From Actinomycetota bacterium (GTDB lineage: Bacteria; Actinomycetota; UBA4738; HRBIN12): DNA of 50,629 nucleotides. Positions 19,472 to 28,082 of this stretch are shown piece after piece. The stretch is taken from contig JBOGVO010000258.1 in the NCBI GenBank assembly GCA_050692855.1, positions 1 through 50,629 on the forward strand, read 5' to 3'. Below the pieces are notes generated by a model. It was not told where the DNA came from and did not search any database. It was given only the letters and a program-made list of their open reading frames with translations. How positions within the stretch are numbered: the first letter of the stretch is position 1; each line of letters opens with the position of its first letter. Made by a program: the position numbers and the translations under genes.

Positions 19472-20530
19472 TCAGTCCTCATCCTCATCGAGGAACAGGA
19501 TCACCTTGCCGGCGCGACCCGACGCCGTCGTCTCGAACGCCTCCTCGAACCGCTCGAGCGGGAACCGGTGCGTGATCACGGGCGACACGTCGACGCGGCC
19601 GGTCGACAACAGCGTCGTCGTCTGCTGCCAGGTGCGGAACATCTCGCGACCCGTGATGCCCTGAAGCCGTGCCTCCTTGAAGATCACCTGGTCGTTCAGA
19701 TCCAACATCACCGATGTATCTGGCAGGCCGAGCAGGGACATGCGACCGCCCCGCGCGAGCATGCGCGTGCCCTGATCGATCGCCCGCTCGTTCCCGCTCA
19801 TCTCCAGCACGACCTCAGCGCCGGCGCCCTTCGTGAGCTCGAGCACCGCCTGCACCGGATCGCGCTCCATCGGATCGAGCAGCACGTCGGCTCCCATCTC
19901 CGCCGCCTTCGAGCGGCGATGGTCGTTCGGCTCGATCGCGACCACCTTCCAGGCGCCGAGCGAGCGAGCGACGCCGACGGCGAACATGCCGATCGGCCCA
20001 CAGCCGATCACGGCAACCGTGTTCGTGGCGATGTCTTCGCCGCCTCCGGTGCCGAACGTCGCGTGCACGGCGTTGCCGAACGGCTCCATGATCGACGCGG
20101 CGTCGGGATCGATGCCCTCACCGACCACCCACGCGTTCTGCGCGGGCAGCACGACGTAGTCCGCGAACGCTCCCTCGGTGTCGACGCCCAGGATGCGGAG
20201 GTTCTCGCAGATGTGCGCGCGACCGGTCTGGCACGTGGAGCAATGCCCGCAGGCGATGTGACTCTCGGCTGCGACGAACGTGCCGGGCTGCAGATGATGC
20301 ACCTCGTTCCCGATCGCCTCGACGGTGCCCGCCACCTCGTGTCCGAACGTCATCGGCACGGTGGCGATCCGGCGATCGGCCCACTCGTTCCAGTCGTGGA
20401 TATGCAGGTCGGTCCCGCAGATCGACGCGCCACGGACGCGGACGAGCACCTCGTCGTCTCCCGGGGTCGGGATCGCGATCCGGACGAGCTCGGCGCCCGA
20501 ACCTCGCGTCACCTTCCGGAGCGCTCGCAT
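19472..20530 (-). CDS. tdh: L-threonine 3-dehydrogenase (zinc-dependent)
   Basis: Motifs GHEVAGTVEAIG and CGHCSTCQTGRAHIC. The start is taken at ATG 20530 (MRALRK). The ORF track begins at GTG 20542. Confidence 0.88.
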   Translation of the reverse strand: MRALRKVTRGSGAELVRIAIPTPGDDEVLVRVRGASICGTDLHIHDWNEWADRRIATVPMTFGHEVAGTVEAIGNEVHHLQPGTFVAAESHIACGHCSTCQTGRAHICENLRILGVDTEGAFADYVVLPAQNAWVVGEGIDPDAASIMEPFGNAVHATFGTGGGEDIATNTVAVIGCGPIGMFAVGVARSLGAWKVVAIEPNDHRRSKAAEMGADVLLDPMERDPVQAVLELTKGAGAEVVLEMSGNERAIDQGTRMLARGGRMSLLGLPDTSVMLDLNDQVIFKEARLQGITGREMFRTWQQTTTLLSTGRVDVSPVITHRFPLERFEEAFETTASGRAGKVILFLDEDED

Positions 20531-20672
20531 GGTCCCGCTCACGGGCGAAGGGTACCGTGCGCCGGTGCGCAGACCCCGATCCGTGGATGCGAAAGCGTTG
20601 TCGCGGCGCGTTCAAGACGCCTCTACAGGGCGCCGATACTCGGGAGGTCGGATTCGACCAACGGCAGGCAAC

Positions 20673-22943
20673 GTGAGCCTCGACGATCAGACCACTCAAG
20701 CGAGCCTCGATGCGGTGACGGCCCAGGCGGGCCCGATCTCGGCCGTTCCCCCGGGGTCGTGGCCATCGGCCGGCGCCATCGCCGACCTCCGATCCCAGCT
20801 GGACGACCTGGAGGTCCGATACCGCGGCATCATCGACCGGCTGCCGGTCGTGATCTACATCGACGGGATCGATCGGTCCGGCCTCATGGTCGACGTGAGC
20901 CTGTCGATCGAGCAACTCCTCGGCGTGACCCGAGACGAATGGCTCGCCCGGCAGGACGGCCGGATCGACGACGTGCACCCCGCGGACCGTGACCGGGTCG
21001 TGGCGGCCTCCCGGCACTCGGCGGAGACCGGGGAACCGATGCGGGTCGAGTACCGCGCCACGCATCGCGACGGACGCGTCGTCTGGATCAAGGAAGACCG
21101 CGTCCTGATCCGGGATCATCACGGCACGCCGAGGTACTGGCTCGGATCCATGTTCGACACCACCGACGACGTGGCGACGCGGGGACGGCTCTTCGAAGCA
21201 CAGACGAGGTACGGCGCCCTGGTGGAGCAGATCCCGGCGATCGTCTACGCCGACGTCGCGGATGAGGACATGACGACGACGTACGTGAGCCCGCAGATCC
21301 TGCCGCTGCTCGGCTACACACCGCAGGAGTACGTCGACGATCCGGGCCTCTGGACGCGCATCCTGCACGCCGACGATCGGGATGCCGCGGTCGAGACGTA
21401 CCTCCGGGGCCGGGAACTCGGTGAGCCGTTCGTGTACGAGTACCGCCTGATCGCGCGTGACGGACGGACGGTGTGGTTCAGGGACTCCGCGATCGTGCTG
21501 CCCGACCCCGACGGTCGCCCGGCGTTGATCCAAGGCGTGATGCTCGACATCACCGAACGGAAAGCCGCCGAACAGCACATCGCCTACCTCGCCTATCACG
21601 ACAAACTGACGGACATGCCCAACAGAGCCATGTTCGACGAGCTGCTCGATCTCTCCCTCGCGCGAGCAAGGCGGAGCGGGATCGGGGTCGCCGTCATCTG
21701 GGTCGACCTCGACGACTTCCGGCTCGTGAACGATTCCCTCGGACACGAGACGGGTGACGAGCTGATCCGGCTGCTGGCCGACCGACTGCGTGAGGCGACC
21801 CGTGACACCGACCTCGTGGCGCGCCCCGGCGGCGACGAGTTCCTCGTGCTGCTCGCGGACCTCGACGTGACGCCCCCGGTCCCCGGTGGCCAGGACGGGG
21901 GGTCGATCGCCGCCGAAGCCGTCTCGGTCCGCATCCAGGAGGCGATGCGGGCCCCGTTCGAGGTCGCCGGCACGGAGCTGTACATCACGGCCAGCCAGGG
22001 CATCGGGGTCTTCCCGGGCGATTCCGACGATGCCGCGAGCCTGCTCAAGAACGCCGAGACGGCGATGTTCGAGTCCAAGAAGATCGGTCCAGGCGGCTTC
22101 GTGGTGCACACGAGGAAGAGCGGCGACGCGATGACGAGGTTGTCGTTGTCGACCCGGCTCCGCAAGGCCGTCGAGCAGAAGCAGTGGATGCTGCACTACC
22201 AGCCCCTGATCGAGCTCGCGAGCGGGAACATGTTCGGCGTCGAGGCACTGATCCGGTGGCCAGACCCGAGCGGCGGGCTGGTGCCGCCCGGCGAGTTCAT
22301 CCCCCTCGCCGAGGAGATGGGTCTGATCGAGACCATCGGGGACTGGGTCGTCGAGGAGATCTGCCGGCAAGACGCGAAATGGCGCGCCGAAGGACTGTTG
22401 CTGGAGATCGGCTTCAACCTCTCGCCCCGACAGCTGTGGCAGCCCGATCTGGTGGACAAGGTGGTGGCGCCGATCGTGATCGCCGGCATGGATCCATCCC
22501 GGGTGACCGTCGAGATCACCGAGTCCACGGCCATGACCGACCCGGATCGAACCGTCGAGCTCTTCGACCAGATGCACGACCGCGGCCTGAAGCTCGCGAT
22601 CGACGACTTCGGCACCGGGTACTCCTCGCTGGCCCGGCTCAAGCACATGCCGGTCGACATCCTCAAGATCGACCGATCGTTCGTGCGGGAGATCGACCTC
22701 GACGGCGATGCCGCGAGCATGGTGGGCGCGATGATCTCGCTCGCCGACACCCTCGGCATGACGCCGCTCGCCGAGGGGATCGAGACCGAGGGCGAATGGC
22801 GGTTCCTCGCGGACCGTGGATGCGAGCTCGGGCAGGGGTTCTACTTCTGTCGGCCGGTGCCCGCCGACGAGATCCTCACGATGTATCGCCGAGCCTCGAT
22901 GCACGTGGTCGACGGAGGCCCAAGCGAGATCGCCGCGGGCTAG
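20673..22943 (+). CDS. Cyclic-di-GMP signalling protein: two PAS domains, GGDEF and EAL
   Basis: This is the 20325..22943 ORF trimmed to GTG 20673. It has two PAS-like repeats (DVHPADRDRV...YRATHRDGRVVW and ILHADDRDAA...YRLIARDGRTVWF). GGDEF is intact (RPGGDEFLVLL) and EAL is intact (GVEALIRW, DDFGTGYSSL). Confidence 0.9.
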   Translation: MSLDDQTTQASLDAVTAQAGPISAVPPGSWPSAGAIADLRSQLDDLEVRYRGIIDRLPVVIYIDGIDRSGLMVDVSLSIEQLLGVTRDEWLARQDGRIDDVHPADRDRVVAASRHSAETGEPMRVEYRATHRDGRVVWIKEDRVLIRDHHGTPRYWLGSMFDTTDDVATRGRLFEAQTRYGALVEQIPAIVYADVADEDMTTTYVSPQILPLLGYTPQEYVDDPGLWTRILHADDRDAAVETYLRGRELGEPFVYEYRLIARDGRTVWFRDSAIVLPDPDGRPALIQGVMLDITERKAAEQHIAYLAYHDKLTDMPNRAMFDELLDLSLARARRSGIGVAVIWVDLDDFRLVNDSLGHETGDELIRLLADRLREATRDTDLVARPGGDEFLVLLADLDVTPPVPGGQDGGSIAAEAVSVRIQEAMRAPFEVAGTELYITASQGIGVFPGDSDDAASLLKNAETAMFESKKIGPGGFVVHTRKSGDAMTRLSLSTRLRKAVEQKQWMLHYQPLIELASGNMFGVEALIRWPDPSGGLVPPGEFIPLAEEMGLIETIGDWVVEEICRQDAKWRAEGLLLEIGFNLSPRQLWQPDLVDKVVAPIVIAGMDPSRVTVEITESTAMTDPDRTVELFDQMHDRGLKLAIDDFGTGYSSLARLKHMPVDILKIDRSFVREIDLDGDAASMVGAMISLADTLGMTPLAEGIETEGEWRFLADRGCELGQGFYFCRPVPADEILTMYRRASMHVVDGGPSEIAAG

Positions 22944-22993
22944 CGGTGTCGGCGGGCTAGCGGTGTCGGCGGCGGCAGGCTAGCGCCGTCGGC
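22937..22993. repeat. Three copies of a 17-nt unit, each containing the palindrome GCTAGC, across a convergent gene junction
   Basis: gggctagcggtgtcggc occurs at 22937-22953 and 22954-22970. A degenerate copy, aggctagcgccgtcggc, lies at 22977-22993. The stop of the plus-strand gene is the TAG of copy 1, and the stop of the minus-strand helicase is the CTA of copy 3. Confidence 0.9.
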
Positions 22994-24185
22994 GCGTCGG
23001 TCCGCGCAAGCCGGAACGACGCCCCCGCGCGCTGCCGCTGAAGACGGTCCGCGGCGGCGAGACCTTCATACCCTCAAGCTCGAACTCCGCGTGCAGATCG
23101 AGCCTGGCCGCCATGCGGCTCACGTCACCGAGCTGCTGCGGGGTGACGAACGTGACGCTGGTGCCGGTGCGTCCGGCTCGGGCTGTGCGCCCCACGCGAT
23201 GCACGTAGCCCTTGTCGTCCTGGGGAGGGTCGTAGTTCACGACGAGCGTGATGTCGTCGAGGTCGAGTCCCCGGGCGGCGACGTCGGTCGCGATCAACAC
23301 GCCGACGTGCTTGTCCTCGAATCGTTGCAGCGCTCGCTCGCGCGCCTGCTGGGTCATGTCGCCGTGCATCGTCACGGCGGTCACGCCTTCCCGCCGGAGT
23401 TGTCGCGCGAGCGAGTCGACGGCTCGCTTCGTGTTCACGAAGACCAGCGTGAGACCATCGGGCTCCTCCTCCTGGGCCAGCTCGATCAGCTGCGCGAGCT
23501 TCCCGTGGGATTCGACCGGCAGGAACCGGTGGTCGGCCTCCTCGACGGTCTTGCCCTCCGACTCGATCTCGTGACGGACGGGATCGCGCGTGTACACCTC
23601 GGCGATGCGGCCCACCGCCCCGTCGAGCGTCGCCGAGAAGAACATCGTCTGACGGTCTTTCGGCAGTCGTCGGACGATCCTGTCGACCTGAGGCTGGAAC
23701 CCCATGTCGAGCATGCGATCGGCTTCGTCGAGCACGAAGATGCGCACGCCGCCGAGCTGCACCATCCTCCGCTGCGCGAGATCGTCGAGGCGCCCGGGCG
23801 TCGCGATCAGGATGTGCACCTGGCCGACCCCCTTCGACTGCTCGCTCACCCGCGTGCCGCCGTAGACCGCCTTGACCGTGAGGCCCTTCGCCTTCGCGAC
23901 GTCGACGAACTCATCACGGACCTGGGTCGCGAGCTCCCGGGTCGGCACGAGCACGAGCGCCTCTGGCCGGCTCGTCGCGTGGGGATCGAGCTGCTCCACG
24001 ATGGGGATCGCGAAGCCGAGGGTCTTCCCGGAGCCCGTCTGCGACTTGGCGAGCGTGTCTCGCCCTGCGGTCGCGTCCTCGATCACCATCACCTGGATCG
24101 GGAACGGGTCGTCGATGCCGCGTGCGGCGAGCGTGTCGATCACGACGTCGGAGACGCCGAGATCTCGGAAAGAGGTCGTGCGCAT
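22980..24185 (-). CDS. DEAD-box ATP-dependent RNA helicase
   Basis: Trimmed to ATG 24185 (MRTTSFRDLGV). Motifs: Q-motif region, AKSQTGSGKT, DEAD (VLDEADRML), SAT, HGDMTQ, YVHRVGRTARAG. It has an Arg-rich C-terminal tail. Confidence 0.92.
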   Translation of the reverse strand: MRTTSFRDLGVSDVVIDTLAARGIDDPFPIQVMVIEDATAGRDTLAKSQTGSGKTLGFAIPIVEQLDPHATSRPEALVLVPTRELATQVRDEFVDVAKAKGLTVKAVYGGTRVSEQSKGVGQVHILIATPGRLDDLAQRRMVQLGGVRIFVLDEADRMLDMGFQPQVDRIVRRLPKDRQTMFFSATLDGAVGRIAEVYTRDPVRHEIESEGKTVEEADHRFLPVESHGKLAQLIELAQEEEPDGLTLVFVNTKRAVDSLARQLRREGVTAVTMHGDMTQQARERALQRFEDKHVGVLIATDVAARGLDLDDITLVVNYDPPQDDKGYVHRVGRTARAGRTGTSVTFVTPQQLGDVSRMAARLDLHAEFELEGMKVSPPRTVFSGSARGRRSGLRGPTRRRR

Positions 24186-24277
24186 CTCCTCGAAGGGTAA
24201 CTGTTCGGCTCGAGGTGGGCGGGTGTTCGCAGAGGGTCGCGCGGGTAGGCTTCCCGAACCAGTCACGAGGGGGAACG

Positions 24278-26122
24278 ATGGACGACCGCATCCAGCTGTG
24301 GAACGACCTCGCCGCTCAGATCGGCGTCGACAGCATCCGCTGCACCACCGAGGCCGGGTCCGGACACCCCACATCGTCGCTCTCGTGCGCGCACCTGCTC
24401 GCCGTGCTCTATGCGAGCCACCTCCGTCTCGACGTCAAGGACCCGAAGTCGCCCGCGAACGACCGCTTCGTCATGTCCAAGGGTCACGCGGCGCCGGCCC
24501 TGTACTCGGCCTTGAAGGCGATCGGCGCGATCAGTGATGAGGAACTGCTCACGCTGCGACGGTTCGGCTCCCCGCTGCAAGGGCATCCGGCGCCCGTCCC
24601 GGAGCTCCCGTGGATCGACGTGGCGACCGGCTCGCTCGGACATGGACTGGCGATCGGGCTCGGCATGGCCCTCGCGATGCGACTCGATGGCACCGGTGGA
24701 CGCGTGTTCGTGCTGCTGGGCGACTCCGAGGCCGCCGAGGGCAGCGTCTGGGAAGCCATGGAAGCCGCGGCGTTCCACGAGGTCGACGACCTCGTCGCGA
24801 TCCTGGACATGAACCGGCTCGGCCAACGAGGGCCCACGATGCACGAGTGGAACGGCGACCTCTTCGCTCGCCGCGCCCAAGCGTACGGATGGCGCTCCAT
24901 CGAGATCGACGGGCACGACGTCGAGGCGATCGACGCGGCCTACACGGAATCGATCGCCGCCGACGGCCCGACGATGATCGTCGCGCGCACCGAGAAGGGG
25001 CACGGCGTCTCGTTCGTGGCCAACCATGAGGGCTGGCACGGCAAGGCCATGTCACAGGAACAGGCAGCGCAGGCGATCGAGGAGCTGGGCGGCATCCGTT
25101 CGCTCACCGTCACTCCCCTCTCGCCGCCCGACATCAAGCCACTCGTGCTCGGGGAGCTCCGGACCGAGCCGGCGCCCACGTACACGGAGCCGATCGCGAC
25201 GAGGAAGGCGTTCGGCGAGACGCTGGCCTGGCTCGCCGGCCACCGCCCGGACCTCGTGGTGCTCGACGGCGAGGTCGGCAACTCGACGCACACCGACGAC
25301 TTCCTGGCGGCGGCGCCCGAACGGTTCGTGGAGATGTACATCGCCGAGCAGGCGGTGATCGGCGCGCAGACCGGCCTGCAGGCGCTGGGCAAGACCGCGT
25401 TCTCCGCGACCTTCGGCGCCTTCCTCACCCGAGCCTACGACCAGATACGCATGGGCGCGATCAGTCGCGCGAACCTCCGGTTGTGCGGCTCTCATGCCGG
25501 CGTCTCGATCGGAGAGGACGGACCGTCGCAGATGGCGCTCGAAGACCTCTCGATGTTCCGAGCGCTCCACTCGTCGACCGTGCTCTATCCGGCCGACGGC
25601 ACCGCCACGCTGAAGCTCGTCACGGCGATGTGCGATCTTCCCGGCATCTCGTACGTGCGGACGACGCGCGAGGCCACGCCGGCGATCTACGATGCCGACG
25701 AGGAGTTCCCGATCGGTGGATCGAAGACCCTGCGGACGTCGGACGCCGACGCGGTCGCTCTCGTCGGCGCCGGCGTCACGCTCCGTGTGTGCCTTGAGGC
25801 CGCAGACACCCTGGCCGGCGAGGACATCCCCGCCCGCGTGATCGACGCCTACAGCGTGAAGCCGATCGACGCCGACACGATGCGGCGCGCGCTCGCGGAG
25901 ACGGGCCTCCTCGTGGTGGCCGAGGACCACCGCGTCGAGGGTGGCATCGGCGACGCCGTGCTCGATTCCCTCGCCGAGGGTAGAGCGCTCGCCGGCACCG
26001 TGGTCAAGCTCGCCGTGCGGGACATGCCGGGCTCGGGAACGGCCGAGGAGATGCGGGCGTGGGCTGGCATCGACGCCGCCGGCATCACGCGGAGGGTCCG
26101 CGACGAGCTCGCCGCCGGCTGA
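24278..26122 (+). CDS. Transketolase-family protein (fused N- and C-terminal sections, 614 aa)
   Basis: Trimmed to ATG 24278 (MDDRIQLWN). The TPP-binding region is GSGHPTSSLS...GSLGHGL...GDSEAAEGSVWEA. The pyrimidine-binding and C-terminal domains follow. Confidence 0.85.
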   Translation: MDDRIQLWNDLAAQIGVDSIRCTTEAGSGHPTSSLSCAHLLAVLYASHLRLDVKDPKSPANDRFVMSKGHAAPALYSALKAIGAISDEELLTLRRFGSPLQGHPAPVPELPWIDVATGSLGHGLAIGLGMALAMRLDGTGGRVFVLLGDSEAAEGSVWEAMEAAAFHEVDDLVAILDMNRLGQRGPTMHEWNGDLFARRAQAYGWRSIEIDGHDVEAIDAAYTESIAADGPTMIVARTEKGHGVSFVANHEGWHGKAMSQEQAAQAIEELGGIRSLTVTPLSPPDIKPLVLGELRTEPAPTYTEPIATRKAFGETLAWLAGHRPDLVVLDGEVGNSTHTDDFLAAAPERFVEMYIAEQAVIGAQTGLQALGKTAFSATFGAFLTRAYDQIRMGAISRANLRLCGSHAGVSIGEDGPSQMALEDLSMFRALHSSTVLYPADGTATLKLVTAMCDLPGISYVRTTREATPAIYDADEEFPIGGSKTLRTSDADAVALVGAGVTLRVCLEAADTLAGEDIPARVIDAYSVKPIDADTMRRALAETGLLVVAEDHRVEGGIGDAVLDSLAEGRALAGTVVKLAVRDMPGSGTAEEMRAWAGIDAAGITRRVRDELAAG

Positions 26123-26184
26123 TCGGCGCGGTCGAGGTGCGCCGGCACCGGAGGCTCCTCGGTGCCTGCTACCCTGTGCCCGCG

Positions 26185-26457
26185 ATGGCTGACTATCGAG
26201 AGATCCTGCACGAGCGCCTGTATGTGCGGGTGCCGGGCACCGACAAGCTCCGCAAGACCGCTGCGAACCGGCAGAAGCACCTGGTCGCCAACGGCTGGCG
26301 TGAGCTCGACCGGCAGCAGCGAGCCGACCACGTGATGGTCACGTTCGAGCGCACCGGCCACGCACCGATGAAGGCCCGGCTGCCCAAGCAGGTGCCGGAG
26401 GTGAGGATCGAGCGGCGCCCACGACGCGACGACAACCGCCGCGGCGGCCGTCGCTGA
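26185..26457 (+). CDS. Small basic hypothetical protein (90 aa)
   Basis: This is the tail of ORF 26059..26457 from ATG 26185: MADYREILHERLYVRVPGTDKLRK...RRPRRDDNRRGGRR. Codon bias looks coding. I recognise no family. Confidence 0.5.
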   Translation: MADYREILHERLYVRVPGTDKLRKTAANRQKHLVANGWRELDRQQRADHVMVTFERTGHAPMKARLPKQVPEVRIERRPRRDDNRRGGRR

Positions 26458-26533
26458 GCTGAACGTCCTGGAAATCACCCGCTGAGCCGAACATCCTTCG
26501 GTCCACGACATCGTTCGCCGGACGTTCTTCGGC

Positions 26534-26539
26534 TATAAT
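26534..26539 (+). promoter_or_regulatory. Consensus -10 hexamer TATAAT upstream of the KamA-like gene
   Basis: ggcTATAATggg is a rare perfect hexamer in this GC-rich DNA, 82 nt upstream of the TTG start at 26621. The -35 element is weak or unclear. Confidence 0.35.
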
Positions 26540-26620
26540 GGGTTTTCATCGGAAGGAACGCCGGAACTCAGCGCGTCGTGAAGCCTGACCGGCCTAAGGT
26601 CGATCCAGGAGGTGGCTCCG

Positions 26621-28072
26621 TTGAGCACCGCGTCGAACCCGTCCCACATCCGCCCCGGCCATCGTGAGTCGCACGCGCACGTCGCCGAGGACCAGCCGTT
26701 CCACTACCCCCTTCGACGTGACTACGCCGAACCGGATTGGACCCGTCTTCCCGGGTACCGCGACGTCACGAAGGAGCAGTGGGAGACCGCCCAGTGGCAA
26801 CGGGCGCACTCCGTGAAGAACCTCAAGGAGTTCAAGGAGGCGCTCGGGCACCATCTCTCCGACGACCTCCTCGACGACATCCGGCTCGATCAGGAAGAGC
26901 GCGCCACGATGTCGATGCTGATCCCGCCGCAGATGATCAACACGATGGAGGTCGAGGACCTGCGGAACGACCGGGTGCGCCGATACATGGCGCCCGCGCT
27001 GAGCGACCGTGAGGCGGAATGGGCCTCCCACCCGATGGCCTCGCGCGACTCGCTGCACGAGGCCGACATGTGGGCCGTCGAAGGGCTCACGCATCGCTAC
27101 CCAACGAAGGTGCTCGCCGAGCTGATCCCGACGTGCCCGCAGTACCGCGGGCACTGCACGCGCATGGACCTCGTCGGCAACGACACGCTGCAGGTGCTGA
27201 AGTACAAGTTCGAGACGAAGCAGAACGAGCGCTGGGACCAGATGCTCGAGTACCTGCGGAGGACCCCGCAGGTCCGCGACGTGGTCGTGTCGGGGGGCGA
27301 CATGGCCAACGTGCCGGCCAAGCGTCTCGAGGACTTCGTGATGAAGCTCCTCGACATCGAGAACGTCCGCGACATCCGGCTCGCGACCAAGGGACTCATG
27401 GGTATCCCCCAGCACTTCCTCCAGGACGACGTGAAGGCGGCGTTCGCCCGCATGGGCTCGCGCGCGGTGGACCGTGGCGTCGACATCGCCCTCCATACCC
27501 ACGTGAACTGTGCGCAGCAGGTGACTCCACTCGTCGGCGATGCGGCCCGCATGGTGCTCGACTCGGGCTTCCGCGACGTGCGGAACCAGGGCGTGCTGCT
27601 GCGGGGCGTGAACACGTCACCGGGCGACCTGGTGGAGCTCTGCTTCATGCTCCTCGATCGCGCGAAGATCATGCCCTACTACTTCTACATGTGCGACATG
27701 ATCCCCAACGCCGAGCACTGGCGGACCTCGGTGGCCGAGGCGCAGGATCTCCAGTACGAGCTGATGGGGTACATGCCCGGCTTCGCGACGCCTCGCGTGA
27801 TCTGCGACGTGCCGTTCGTGGGCAAGCGCTGGGTGCACATGCTGAAGCGCTACGATCGCGAGAAGGGCATCTCGTCCTGGACGAAGAACTACCGAACCGG
27901 CATCGAGTTCGACGACCCCGAGGCGCTCAGCCGCGAGTACGTGTACTTCGACCCGATCTACACGCTGCCCGAGGAAGGTCAGCAGTGGTGGCGCGACCAG
28001 GTCGCCGATGGCTTGCCCGACGCACGCTGGGTCGAGCCGCCGACGCCGTTGGAACCCGCCGCCGTGGGCTAG
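26621..28072 (+). CDS. KamA-family (lysine 2,3-aminomutase-like) protein with a degenerate radical-SAM cysteine motif
   Basis: This is ORF 26612..28072. The start is more likely TTG 26621, 8 nt after AGGAGG. It aligns by eye to Clostridium KamA: GLTHRYP, QVRDVVVSGGD, NQGVLLRGVN, PYYFYMCD, and the PLP-lysine region PFVGK. The cluster motif reads CPQYRGHCTR rather than CxxxCxxC. Confidence 0.8.
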   Translation: MSTASNPSHIRPGHRESHAHVAEDQPFHYPLRRDYAEPDWTRLPGYRDVTKEQWETAQWQRAHSVKNLKEFKEALGHHLSDDLLDDIRLDQEERATMSMLIPPQMINTMEVEDLRNDRVRRYMAPALSDREAEWASHPMASRDSLHEADMWAVEGLTHRYPTKVLAELIPTCPQYRGHCTRMDLVGNDTLQVLKYKFETKQNERWDQMLEYLRRTPQVRDVVVSGGDMANVPAKRLEDFVMKLLDIENVRDIRLATKGLMGIPQHFLQDDVKAAFARMGSRAVDRGVDIALHTHVNCAQQVTPLVGDAARMVLDSGFRDVRNQGVLLRGVNTSPGDLVELCFMLLDRAKIMPYYFYMCDMIPNAEHWRTSVAEAQDLQYELMGYMPGFATPRVICDVPFVGKRWVHMLKRYDREKGISSWTKNYRTGIEFDDPEALSREYVYFDPIYTLPEEGQQWWRDQVADGLPDARWVEPPTPLEPAAVG

Positions 28073-28082
28073 GAGCCAACGC

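Noticed and set aside
22937-22993. The short direct repeats here and at 6636-6686 and 36763-36798 were considered as CRISPR arrays or mobile-element ends.
   Set aside because: They are contiguous tandem units of 9-26 nt without spacers. They lie at or within gene ends, and no cas, transposase or integrase genes occur anywhere in the window.
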